Source: Malacoraja senta
Lineage: Eukaryota
Direction: 5' to 3'
Length of the DNA stretch: 64,000 nucleotides
Assembly (NCBI GenBank): GCA_038087875.1
Contig: CM075997.1
Location: 7,132,001-7,196,000 of the forward strand
Shown: one piece after another, positions 1 through 12,179 of the stretch
How the letters are laid out: each line of letters opens with the position of its first letter
Numbering within the stretch: position 1 is the stretch's first letter
The notes under the pieces: model-generated
Database searches by the model: none
What the model was told of the DNA's origin: nothing
The model's input: only the letters and a program-made list of their open reading frames with translations
Translations under genes and position numbers: made by a program

Positions 1-253
1 TAAACTAAATGAAGACTCAAGAACAAGGACCATTATAAGTCAGGAATCACCCATCAAAATGCATACTCACTTGGTAATTGTTAGTGCACATAATGGGTGG
101 TGAATCTGTGGAATTCTTTGCCACAGACAGCTGTGGAGGCTAAGTCAATGGATGTTTTTAAGGCAGAGATAGATAGATTCTTGATCAGTGCGGGTGTCAG
201 GGACTATTGGAAGAAGGCAGCAGAATGGGGTTAGGAGAGATAGATCAGCCATG

Positions 254-655
254 AGAGAGGATCTCATTGAAACATATAAGATTATTAAGGGTTTGGACTC
301 GCTAGAGGCAGGAAACATGTTCCTGATGTTGGGGGAGTCCAGAACCAGGGGCCACAGTTTAAGAATAAGGGGTAAGCCATTTAGAACGGAGACGAGGAAA
401 CACTTTTTCACACAGAGAGATCTGAGTCTGTGGAATTCTCTGCCTCAGAGGGCGGTGGAGGCAGGTTCTCTGGATACTTTCAAGAGAGAGCTAGATAGGG
501 CTCTTAAAAATAGCGGAGTCAGGGGATATGGGGAGAAGGCAGGAACGGGGTACTGATTGGGGATGATCAGCCATGATCACATTGAATGGCGTTGCTGGCT
601 CGAAGGGCCGAATGGCCTAATCCTGCACCTATTGTCTATTGTCTAATGTCTATTG
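254..655 (+). mobile_element. CR1 LINE 3' fragment
   Basis: DLIETYKII..RTRGHSLRI..WNSLP..FKRELD, followed by the 3' UTR and (CTATTGT)n tail. Confidence 0.88.
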
Positions 656-1395
656 ATTGAATGGCGGAGTAGACTAGATGGGCCGAATGGCCTAATTCTG
701 TTCCTATCACCTATGATCTTATGACTTTATAGTGAAGACAAAGGTATGGGCTGACCATGAGAGGCAGAGTGAGGAAGGAGACCATGAATTATGTAGAGAG
801 CGGGCTGGAAACTGTGTTGCTAGGCGTGTAGCTGGTGCATAATTTGTATGGATGGCAGCAACTGTGTGGGCCGTGTCTGTGGTACTAAAATCAATGCTTC
901 CCCTGGTTTTATTTTCAGTAATAATTGCTTTTGTAGAAATAAACAAATCATTTATGTCACGGTGCAGCACTTTTGAAACACATATCATCCAGAAAATTTA
1001 CTTTGAAATGTTTTTTTTTTAAAAGCAGTGACCAGTCAGACTGTAACAGGATCCCACTGTCGGCAGTTTAATACACGCCTGCTCGGGCAGGTTGGTTAAT
1101 GGAGGCATGTTGGGCCAGGGGATTGATGGCATGCAGAGAATGGTGCCAGGCAGAGAATAGTGCCACGGTGGCACAGCGGTGGAGTTGCTGCCTCACAACG
1201 CTTGCCGCAACGGAGACGCGGGTTCGATCCCGACCACGGGCGCTGTCTGTAAGGAGTTTGTACGTTCTCCCCGTGACCCGAGTGGGTTTTCCCCGAAATC
1301 TTCGGTTTCCTCCCACACTCTAAAGAGTTGCTGCGTGATAGAGTGATACAGTGTGGAAACAGGCCCTCCAGCCCAACTTGCCCACACCAGCCAAG

Positions 1396-1862
1396 ATAGA
1401 TAGATAGAATCTTTATTTGCCACACGACCAGGGTTGGTGGTAATTGGGTTCGGTACATGATGGTACACTGCTTTAGCACATTAACACTAATAACAACACA
1501 GATCATAATAATAAAGTGCATCCATACCACATCACAAATCACAAATCTCACCAACAATACATAGTGCAAAAGAACAGACAAAAACCATAGACAAGACACT
1601 GTATACATCAAAGTCAAAAAGTTATTGGAGGGAATTAAGTGTTCTTATTGCTGAGGGGAAGAAACTGTTTTTAAAGCGGGTGGATTTTGTAGCAAGTGAC
1701 CCAAGGCGCCTCCCTGAAGGGAGAGACTGGAAAAGGTGGTTTGCTGGATGGGAGGGGTCCGAGATGATCTTTGTTGCCCGTTTTGAGGTACGTTGGAGGT
1801 AAATGGAATGGATTGAGGGGAGGGGAGAGTTGATGATCCTAGAGGCCTTGGAGACAATGTCC
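1396..1862 (-). mobile_element. Rex1/Babar LINE 3' fragment
   Basis: DPSHPANHLFQSLPSGRR..SFFPSAIR and an (ATCT)n tail. Nearly identical to 58982-59432. Confidence 0.85.
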
Positions 1863-1974
1863 AAGCTACACTAGTCCCACCTGCCTGATATGGGGTACTG
1901 ATTGTGGATGATCAGCCATGATCACATTGGCTCAAAGTGTCAAATGGCTTACTCCTGCACCTATTGTCTATTGT

Positions 1975-2248
1975 CTATTGCCTGCGTTTGGTCCATATCC
2001 CTCCAAACCTGTCCTATCCATGTACCTGTCTAATTGTTTTTTAAGTGTTGGGATAGTCTCAGCCTCAATTACCTCCTCTGGCAGCTTGTTCCATACACCC
2101 ACCACCCTTTGTGTGAAAAGGTTACCCCTCAGATTCCTATTCAATCTTTTCCCCTTCGCCTTAAACCCATGTCCTTTGGTCCTTGATTCACCTGCTCTGG
2201 GCAAGAGACTCTGTGCATCTACCCGATCTATTTCCCTCGTGTTTTTAT
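1975..2248 (-). mobile_element. CR1 LINE 3' fragment (second subfamily)
   Basis: RTKGHGFK..FTQRVVGVWNKLP..KKQLDRYM. Confidence 0.85.
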
Positions 2249-2651
2249 ACATTATGTAGGTTAATTGCCTTTGTATAAGTGTAAATTGTCCCTAGTGTGT
2301 GTAGGATGGTGTTAGTGTGCGGAGATCGCTGGTCGGACTCGGTGGTCCGCAGGGCCTGTTTCCGCCCTGTATCTAAACTGAACTAAACCTGCTGTTTGTG
2401 TAGGAACTTCAGAAGAAGGGTCTTGAGCCTAAACATCCCCGTCGCCCGCTGATTTACTCTAGATTTTTGTGTCTATCTTTGGTTTAAACCAGCAGCTTTG
2501 TAGGTTAATTGGCCCTCTGTAAATTGCCGCTTAATATGTAGTGGGATAACTCGTGTGAATGGGTGATCGATGGTCGGTGGGCCGAAGGGCCTGTTTCCAC
2601 GCTATATCTGCAAACTCTAAACTCCAAGTAAATGAAACTATGTAAAACAGA

Positions 2652-3080
2652 AGGGCCTGTCCCACGTTGCGATTTTTTCAGCAACTGCGAAGGTCAGTGA
2701 CTGACGCTCTAAAAACCGTCAAGTTGTACGACACTCCGTGTCACCGTCACGTCAAGCCATGACACTCCGCATCAGCCGCCTTCACAACGCAAGAAGGTTA
2801 CACCGAAGTATAATAATCACATTGGAAATGAACTTATCTACAATAAATCTAAGGACCAATAACTTATTAATGGATAAGTCGGCGCTTTATATACCCGCGT
2901 CACCCGCAGGACAGCATACGTCAGCGTGTGACAGGGCGCACAACAGGATGAGACACCCAGATGTCGCCTGAAAACTTGGAACATTCCAAAATCCAGGGGG
3001 CGACAGGGAGACACCGCGCGTCACGCCCCGACCTCTTTTCAGGCTGTTGCCGAAAATGTCGCCCAAGTGGGACAGGGCCT
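2652..3080. mobile_element. Harbinger-like MITE (unique interior)
   Basis: Termini AGGGCCTGTCCCAC ... GTGGGACAGGGCCT. Confidence 0.75.
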
Positions 3081-3454
3081 CAAGACAAATGCAATACGTT
3101 TACAGTAAATCTCTGGATTCTGTGCAGCCTCGGTGAATGGGGTCGGACAACTTTCTGAGCGAAAATGATGGTTGTCAGTTTCTTTTTAGTGGCAATATTA
3201 TCAAAGTTTGTTATCCCTTGACATGGATGGAGTGGTCCATCATTCATTATCAAGTGACACTGAACGTAAAGATGTAATAAAGCGAAAGATAGCACTTGTA
3301 TTTCTAGACTGTCTTCCCTAACCGTTGGATGTGCCAAAGTGCTTCAGCGCTAGTTTGTAAGTCTGAGGACTTTAGACATCAGAGACGCAGTGTGTGAACA
3401 GGCTCTACGGCCCACAAAGTCCGCGCCAACCAGCGATCACCCCGTACACTAGCA

Positions 3455-4325
3455 CCATCCTACGAAGATTATGGAGATTCGGCATGTCGAAGAGGATTCT
3501 CCTAAACCTCTGCAGGTGCACAGTAGCGAGCATTCTGACTGGTTGCATCGTGGTCTGGTTCGGCAACTTGAACGTCCAGGAGCGAAAAAGACTACAAAAA
3601 GTTGTGACCACTGCCCAGTCCATCACCGGCATTGACCCCCCCACCGTCGAAGGGATCTATCGTAGTCGCTGCCTCACAAAGGCAGCCAAAATCATCAAGG
3701 ACCCACACCATCCTGGCCACACACTTATCTCACCACTGCCATCGGGAAGAAGGTACAGGAGCCTGAAGACTGTAACGTCCAGGTTCAGGAACAGCTACTT
3801 CCCCACAGCCATCAGGCTATTAAACACATCGAATAAGCTATGAGCTCTGAATATTTGTTATTTATTGAACTTTTTCTTTTTTTTCTCCTGTTATATACAA
3901 TGTTTACATATTCACATATTCTGTTGTGCTGCAGCAAGAAAAAGCCCTGTCCCACTCTACGAGTTAATTCCAAGAGCTCTCCTGAGTTTAAAAAAAAATC
4001 AAACTCGTGGTAAGCACGTAGAATGAACGTAGCGGGTACGTCGGAGCTCGGGGACGCCTCTTGGCGGCTCGTGACGCTAACGGCAGGTACTCGGGACATG
4101 CGGTAAGCTCGTGAAGTCTCGTGAAGATTTTTCAACATGATGAAAAATGTCCACGAGAGCCCCGAGTACCGACGAGCGGCCATTACCGTAAATCTCCGAG
4201 TTTGAATCAGGGCAAACTCGGGAGAACTCTTGGAATGAACTCGTACAGTGGGATTGGGCTTTTAGAATTTCATTGTCCCATCCGGGACATATGACAATAA
4301 AACACTCTTAACTCTTGTCACACTT
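3455..4325 (+). mobile_element. Rex1/Babar LINE 3' fragment, with its 3' UTR split by a MITE
   Basis: LRRLWRFG..LTGCIVVWFG..DPHHPGH..LPSGRRYRS..YFPTAIRLLN. The UTR resumes after 4261. Confidence 0.87.
3942..4261. mobile_element. Harbinger-like MITE family A
   Basis: Inverted termini AAGCCCTGTCCCACT.TACGAG. Interior shared with copies at 17951, 20021, 33980, 41976 and 55800. Confidence 0.85.
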
Positions 4326-4563
4326 GAACAATTTTCACAATTTTTACAGAAACCAGAAGTGTGGGAGGGAACCAGAGCACCTGAAGAAAACACATGAGGT
4401 CACGGGGAGAACGTGCAAACTCCGTACAGACAGCACCCGTAGTCAGGATCGAACTCGGGACTCTGGCGCTGTGAGACAGTGGCTGTACAAGCTGCACCAC
4501 TGTGCCAGAATAATACTTTGCATTTGAAAATGCGACCTTAGCACAGACACTCTTTATAATTTC

Positions 4564-4791
4564 TAAGAAGGAACTGCAGATGCTGGAAAATCGAAGGTAG
4601 CCAAAAATGCTGGAGAAAATCAGCGGGTGAGGCAGCATCTATGGAGCGAAGGGAATAGGCGACGTTTCGGGTCGAGACCGAAGTCAGCATATTATTAGTC
4701 AGAAGAAGGGTCTCGACACGAAACGTCGCCTATTTCCTTCGCTCCATAGATGCTGCCTCACCCGCTGAGTTTCTCCAGCATTTTTGTCCAC
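4564..4791. mobile_element. Penelope-derived inverted terminal-repeat insertion with 14-bp TSD
   Basis: Two inverted copies of the repeat that follows Penelope GIY-YIG ORFs elsewhere in the window. Flanked by CTCTTTATAATTTC at 4550-4563 and 4792-4805. Confidence 0.75.
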
Positions 4792-6379
4792 CTCTTTATA
4801 ATTTCAGAAGCTTTCTCAAGCTAACTGAAATTGTACATTTGGGGACCATAATATTTTGAGGGACAATTTTCACTTTTTTATTCCTATCAATTCTTTGTCC
4901 GAAGTTAGTAGCCTTTGGTGAAACAAGTTCCAGGCTCCAGTACTATCCCTTGCCCAGACATTGACGGAAGTGTCAATACTATTACAATAATTAAAACACA
5001 TTTGGATTGGTATATGAACATTTTTGTGCGGCATGGTGACGCAGCGGTAGAGTTGCTGCCTCACAGCGCCAGAGACCCGGGGTTCGATCCTGACTAGGGG
5101 GCGCTGTCTGTACGGAGTTTGTACGTTCTCTCCGTGACCTACGTGGGTTTTCTCCGGGAGTTCTGGATTCCTCCCACACTCCAAAGACGTGCAGGTTTGT
5201 GGGATAATCTTCTTCTTCTTGTCGAGTCCACACACAAGATCAGAAGTTGCTCAGCCAGAGCTGAACACACTTCTCGGCATCTGCATACAATGGTGTCTGT
5301 CTTGTCGCTTCTTGTGCTTGTCGCGCGTGGTGGTGGAAAGACTGGTGGGAACAGGGCCGTGACGTGAACGCTCTTTCCTTGATCCCATCGGTTAATTGGG
5401 TTCGGTAAAATTGTAAATTAGTGTATGCGGCTCGGTGGGTCGAAGGGCCTGTTTCCGCGCTGTATCACTAAAACCGAAAGTCTAACGGTATATGGATAGG
5501 AAGGCTTTAGAGAGATAAGGGCCAAATGTGGGCAGGTGGGACTAGTGCAGATGGCATCTAGGTCAGCATGGACGAGTTGGGCCGAAGGGCCTGTTTCTGT
5601 GCTGTATGTCACACATGACACTTCTTGGAGAACCACAACTGGTAACGTGTAGAACACAACAAAATCTGGGCTGATTTTATTACAGATGAGCTCTGAGCTC
5701 TGAGCTCTTCTGAACCATGTTGCTTAAAAAAAAAAAAAATTTACAGCCACTCAAGTGAGCTGCCATTGATTTTGTGTCGGCCTGTATAGGTTTTAGTCAA
5801 AGTCTGAAGGTAGAGACCAGGAGGTGTGCAGTAAGGGTGAAGGTGTCAGTAGCAGTGATGTTTGTCGGTGCCAGCTCAATGACTTGCAACAGGCCAGACT
5901 GCTTCTTCGAAACATAGACAATAGGTGCAGGAGTAGGCCATTCGGCCCTCCAGGCCAACATCGCCATTCAATGTGATCATGGCTGATCATCCAAATCATT
6001 AGTCCGTTCCTGCTTATTTCCCCATATCCCTTGATTCCGTTAGCCCTAAGAGCTGAATCTAACTCTCTCTTGAGATACATAGATAAGGAGGAGTAAGGTG
6101 TGAAAATAGGACAAAGGGGATGGTGATCAAGGACAATGTAGAAGAGATCATTGTTGGCTGGGAGAAGGTGACAACAAAGCAAACAGAGATAAAATGTATG
6201 GTAGACAAAAGTGCTGGAGAAACTCAGCGGGTGCGGCAGCATCTATGGAGCGAAGGAAATAGGCAACGTTTCGGGCCGAAACCCTTCTTCAGTCTGAGTT
6301 TCTCCAACTGAGTTTCACCCGCTTAGTTTCTCCAGCACTTTTGTCTACCTTCGATTTTCCAGCATCAGTTCCTTCTTAA

Positions 6380-6772
6380 GCAGAGATAAAAATGTAGTCA
6401 GAGACAGTCAGACTGGTCGGAGAACTGGGAAGGGGGAGGGGATGGAGAGAGAGGAAAAGCAAGGGCCACTTGAAGTTAGAGAAGTCAATGTTCATACCGC
6501 TGGGGTGTAAGCTGCCCAAGCGAAATATGAGGTGCTGTTCCTCCAATTTGTGCTGGGCCTCACTCTGACAGTGGAGGAGGCCCAGGACAGAAAGGTCAGT
6601 GTGGGAATGGGAGGGGGAGTTAAAGTGTTTGGCAACCGGGAGATCAGGTAGGTTTAGACAGACTAAGCGGAGGTGTTCAGCAAACTGATCGCAGAGCCTG
6701 TGCTTGATCTCCAGTAGATGAGGTTGGAGGAGGTGCAAGTGAACCTCTGCCTCACCTGGAAAGACTGTCGGG
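6380..6772 (-). mobile_element. Penelope-like element, GIY-YIG endonuclease 3' fragment
   Basis: FAEHLRLV..PVAKHFNSPSHS..LEEQHLIFRLGSLHPSGMNIDF. Confidence 0.85.
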
Positions 6773-6831
6773 ATGGACTGTGAAACGCCAGCCAGGAATT
6801 CATCCAAACACAACTTCTCGTCAACGTTTTG

Positions 6832-7132
6832 TCACGGTGGCTCAGCGGTAGAGTTGCTGCCTCACAGCGCCAGAGACCCGGGTTCGATCCCGACTACGGG
6901 TGCTGTCCGTACGGAGTTTGTACGTTCTCCCCGTGACCTGCGTGGGTTTTCTCCGAGATCTTCAGTTTCCTCCCACACTCCAAAGACGAGCAGGTTTGTA
7001 GGTTAATTGGCTTGGTATAAATGTAAATTGTCCATATTGTGTGTGGGATAGTGTTAGTGTGCGGGAATCGGTGCGGACTCAGCCGACTGAAGGACCTGTT
7101 TCCGCGCTGTATCTCTAAACTAAACTAAACTA
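6832..7132 (+). mobile_element. tRNA-derived V-SINE (HE1-like), full length
   Basis: A box TGGCTCAGCGG, B box GGTTCGATCC, core GGAGTTTGTACGTTCTCCCCGTG..TTTCCTCCCACACTCCAAAGAC, and (TAAAC)n tail. Dozens of copies or fragments occur in the window. Confidence 0.88.
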
Positions 7133-7817
7133 AATTAAAGTAACATATGTTCCAAATGCAATTGGAAGATTGATGACAAATTTCCTTGCCATTGCAATCC
7201 CAATTCTATTACAGTACTATTCCGTCTTCTAATTGGATTGAATGATTGAAAGATATAGCGTGGAAACATGCCCTTTGGCCCACAGAGTCCATGCCGACCA
7301 TCGGTCACCCGAGCACAGATTAGTCTCGTGTTATCCCACTTTTTCGTCCGCACCCTACACATCACGGGCAATTTACAAGGGGGCCAATTAACCTGCAAAC
7401 CCGCACTTCTTTGGGATGTGGGCGGAAGCCAGAGCGGCAGGAGTAAATCCATGCGCTCACAGGGACGACGTGCAAACTCCACACAGTTAGCACCCGAGGT
7501 CAGGTCTCTGGCACTATGAGGCAGCGGTTCTACCAGCTGCGCCATTTTTCATAGCATAGCAATCAATATGTCAGAATTTCATTCTCTTGATTAACCAGGG
7601 AATACTACTGAAGAATTAATAGAGTCAGAAAAATGAGGCAAAGCCATTAAAAGGGCATTAAAATGAAACATGCAATAGTAAAAGCAATATTTTCTCTTTG
7701 TAATTCCATTTGAAAATCAATACATATATTCTGCAGCTAAGTTAGTCGTTTTTGTCCTGCGAAAAAGACTCAACTTACAACATCCTAATTACACATACTT
7801 TTACCTTTCTCTTGGGG

Positions 7818-8112
7818 TGGCACGGTGGCTCAGCGGTAGAGTTGCTGCCTTACAGTGCTGGAGACCCGGGTTCCATCCTGACCACGAGTGCTGTCTGTAC
7901 GGAGTTTGTACGTTCTCCCCGTGATCGCATGGGTGCTCCGGTTTCCTCCCACACTCCAAAGACGTGCAGGTTTGTACGTTAATTGGCTTGGTATCATTGT
8001 AAATTGCCCCTAGTGTGTGTAGGATGGTGTTAGTGTGCGGGGATCGCTGGTCGGCGCGGACTCGGTGGACTGAAGGGCCTGTTTCCGCGCTGTATCTCTA
8101 AACTAAACTAAA
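7818..8112 (+). mobile_element. tRNA-derived V-SINE (HE1-like)
   Basis: Same head, core and tail as 6832-7132. Confidence 0.85.
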
Positions 8113-8249
8113 CACTAAGCCCTGTCCGAAACCTGTGGAAAGCAACATTTCCATTCAAATCAACAATCAGCCAGATGTCCCTATTTCCCTACAGCATAGC
8201 AGGAGGGCCGTTCAGCCCATTCCATCTGTATTTGGTTAGAGTCATAGAG

Positions 8250-8757
8250 TGATACAGCATGGACCTACCCTCAGTGCAACTTGCCCACACCGGCCAACAT
8301 GTCCCAGCTATACTAGGCCCATCTGTCCATATCCCTCCAAACCTGTCCTATCCAAAGATCTAATATCTTTGGTCCTATCCATGTACCTGTCCAACTGCTT
8401 CTTAAACGTTGGGATAGTCCCAGCCTCAACTACCTCCTCTGGCAGCTCGTTCCATACACCCACCACCCTTTGTGTGAAAAAGTTACCCCTCAGATTCCTA
8501 TTAAATCTTTTCCCCTTCACCTTAAATAAACCTGTGTCCTCTGGTCCTCAATTCACCTACTCTGGGCAAGGGACTCTGTGCATCCACCCAAACTATTCCT
8601 CTTATGATTTTATACAGCTCTATAAGATCACTTCTCATCCTCCTGCACTCCAAAGAATAGAGTCCCAGCCTGCTCAACCTCTCCCCATAGCTCAGGCCCT
8701 CGAGTCCCGGCAACATCCTCTAAATCTTCCCTGCTCCCTTTCCAGCTTGACAACATG
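8250..8757 (-). mobile_element. CR1 LINE 3' fragment
   Basis: MLPGLEGLSYGERLSRLGLYSLE..RTRGH..FFTQRVVGVWNELP. Confidence 0.85.
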
Positions 8758-10556
8758 TTGCCTTTATTGCCATGTAGGCCCTGCAGGAGCCTGAGGCTCG
8801 CCTGGGGCTCGCATGGATCGGGAGCCCACTCCATTAGACTGGGCGCGCGGGGCAGACAGGGCTTTGGACTTTGGCAATGGCGCCAAAACATGACGGAGGT
8901 GTAAACGCGGAAAATGAATTTCACTCTGCAGTTGAACAAGAGACAATTAAAGCGCCAGTGAACCATTGATCAAAGGTGCTACCCTCATTAACCCTGCCTG
9001 CAAGTTGCTCACAACCCCATGAAAGTTAATCAATCACAGTCGCCCCTTAATAAATCCATTCTGGCAGCGTTTGATTAATCTGCACCTTCGTAAACGATGA
9101 TTAATACTGTCTTTACTCCAATAATTACCCCGACATTGGCTAACCTTAATTGCTAAATCTTGCTCTTTCTCTCTTCATTTCTCTCTGTAACTCTGCCAAG
9201 CAAGAGTGGCAAATGAAAAACAGAATCTCTTCAAAACGTTCCTGCCTTCAGCTCCTGGAACAACCCAGGACACATATTATGCGGAAAACGCTGGGGTAAC
9301 TCCGCGGGACAGGCAGCATCTCTGGAGAGAAGGGTCTCGACCCAAAACGTCAGCCATTCCTTCTCTCCAGAGATGCTGCCTGTCCCGCTGAGTTACTCCA
9401 GCATTTTGTGTCTATCTGCGTTGTGAACCAGCATCTGCAGTTCCTTCCCACACATATTAAACAGGCCTGGCCATTTCACCTGCTTCAACCTCTCAGTAGT
9501 TCTTCTCTCGCTGTGTGTTCTCATCTGTATCCACAGTTTAGTTCAGTTTAGTTTAGTTTAGCGTGGAAACAGGCCCTTCGGCCCACCGAGCCCGTGCCGA
9601 CCAGCGATCCCCGCACACTAACACTATCCTACACACACTAGGGACAGGTTACATTAATACCAAGCCTATTAACTTACACGTCTTTGGAGTGTGGGAGGAA
9701 ACCGGGGCACCCGGAGAAAACCCACGCAGGTCACGGGGAGAACGTGCAAACTCCGTACAGACGGCACCGGTAGTCAGGATCAGGTCTCTGATGCTGCAAG
9801 CACTGTAAGGCAGCAACTCTGGCATGAAGGCTACGCCACCGTGCCACCCCTTCTGCTCAATGCGATCACCCTGCATTCCCTCTAACAAGCACCTCTTCCT
9901 TCCCTGATGTATTCTGATGTTGTTGAGGGCCTGTCCCACTTGGCTGTCATTTACGCGACAGGCCGGTAGTGCCTGTCGCGTGACTGTCGCGCGTGTCATC
10001 ATGCGTCCGCACAGCCGTCTGGAGCGCGTGACGTCATTTGAATACCCAGTTTATGATATTTACCCAGTTTATGATATTTATGGTGATTTTCTAAAATGTT
10101 CCCGTTTGGAATTGGAAAACTGCAGATGTAAGAGGGTAGTCGAGGCCAGTTCATTGGCTATATTTAAGAGGGAGCTAGATGTGGCCCTTGTGGCTAAAGG
10201 GATCAGAGGGTATGGAGAGAAGGCAGGTACGGGATACTGAGTTGGATGATCAGCCATGATCATATTGAATGGCGGTGCAGGCTCGAAGGGCCGAATGGCC
10301 TACTCCTGCACCTAATTTCTATGTTTCTATGTTTTAATGCCCCTATTCAAAAAAAGAGGTGAATGAAAAGTAGCAAGCTGCAGACCAAATTAATCTGTAG
10401 GAAGGAACTGCAGATGCTGGTTAAATTAAAGATAGACACAAAATGCAGGAGTAACTCAGCAGGACAGGCAGCATCTCTGGAGAGAAGGAATGGATGATGT
10501 TTCAGTCTGAAGAAGGGACTCGACCCGAAACGTCACCCATTCGACCCGAAACATCA

Positions 10557-10824
10557 CCCTGTCCCACTTGGCCGTCATTTACGCGACAGGCCGGTGGCGT
10601 GCGGAGATTTCGTGCAACACGAAATCCTGGCGCGCTGCGTGATACCGCGCGCAACTCCACACTCCCTGCGCGCAACTCCACACGTCTCGGTGTCGTTCAC
10701 TATTCCCACACTCCATGTGCCCATCCCGCGTGTGGGTAGCCCGTCCCGCGCTACCCACACGCTACCCACACGCTACCAGGTTGCGTCAATGGCGCGCAAA
10801 TGACGGCCAAGTGGGACAGGCCTT
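10557..10824. mobile_element. Harbinger-like MITE family C
   Basis: CCTGTCCCACTTGGCCGTCATTT ... AAATGACGGCCAAGTGGGACAGG. A one-ended relative starts at 9926. Confidence 0.8.
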
Positions 10825-10944
10825 TTACTTACTGTCAACCACAAGAAGGAGATAATCTTGCCAGGCTGAGGAAGTTCAGCTTGAGGAAAGGCCTAACGAT
10901 GTATGGCTGAGAAATCAGCCTAACCTCCAGTCCCAGTTTCCCTG

Positions 10945-11645
10945 AACACCTCCGCTCAGTCCGCCTAAACCTAGCTGATCTCCCAGTTGCTCAACACTTT
11001 AACTCCCCCCATTCCCACACTGACCTTTCTGTCCTGGGCCTCCTCCACTGTCAGAGTGAGGTCCAGCGCAAATTGGAGGAACAGCATCTCATATTTCGCT
11101 TGGGCAGCTTACACCCCAGCGGTATGAACATTGACTTCTCTAACTTCAAGTGGCCCTTGCTTTTCCTCTCTCTCCATCCCCTCCCCCTTCCCAGTTCTCC
11201 GACCAGTCTGACTGTCTCTGACTACATTTTATCTCTGTTTAAGAAGGAACTGATGCTGGAAAATCGAAGGTAGACAAAAGTGCTGGAGAAACTAAGCGGG
11301 TGAAACTCAGTTGGAGAAACTCAGACTGAAGAAGGGTTTCGGCCCGAAACGTTGCCTATTTCCTTCGCTCCATAGTATGAACATTGACTTCTCTAACTTC
11401 AGATAGCCCTTGCTTTCCCTCTCTCTCCATCCCCTCCCCCTTCCCAGTTCTCCCACTAGTCTTACCGTCTCCGACTCCATTTTATCTCTGTCCCGCCCAC
11501 TCCCCTGACATCAGTCTGAAGAAGGGCATCGACCCAAAACGTCACCTATTCCTTCTCTCCAGAGATGCTGCCTGTCCCGCTGAGTTACTCCACCATTTTG
11601 TGTCTATCTTCGGTTTAAACCAGCACCTGCAGTTACTTCCTACAC
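10945..11645 (+). mobile_element. Penelope-like element fragments (GIY-YIG end, 3' UTR, terminal repeat)
   Basis: EEQHLIFRLGSLHPSGMNIDF, followed by a pyrimidine-rich UTR and CTGAAGAAGGG..GAAAC repeats. Confidence 0.82.
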
Positions 11646-12179
11646 TCCAGTCTTCATGGCCAAGTTCAGACTTGAACTATGGACTTGAATCATACAAAAT
11701 GGTGCCCGGAATGTGGCGACACTTGTGTATTGTCTCGGTGTCGTTCACTATTCCCACACTCTTGTATTTAAATATGATTGTGCCTTTGTGTAGTAAGATT
11801 TGTTTACGAAACTGTACATAAGAATGGAATTTCACTGTACTGTACCTAACAATAAAGTGTCATTGAACTATTGAAGAATGGGCAGGTTGGATTGTACTTT
11901 GGGGCTGAGAGAGAGGTAGTTTAGATTCGAGATACAGCGCGGAAACAAGCCCACCGAGTCCGCACCGACCAGCGATCCCACACACTAAAGGGCCTGTCCC
12001 ACTTTCACGACCTAATTCACGACCTCTGCCGAGTTTGCCCTTGACTCATACTCGCAGCATGGTCGTCACGAGGGTCGTAGGTGTGGTAGGTGTAGTAGTC
12101 ACAGTCATGATGCTAGACGTAGGTACTTGTGACATCAAGTAGGTCGGGGCGTTTTTTGTAGCATGATGAAAAATGTCCA

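Noticed and set aside
5205..5388. Insertion in a SINE with an (AAG)n tail on the minus strand
   Set aside because: Probably the 3' end of another LINE, but too short to assign to a family.
6832..6895. tRNA-like sequences with A and B boxes (many copies)
   Set aside because: They are SINE heads followed by the V-SINE core and tail, not tRNA genes.
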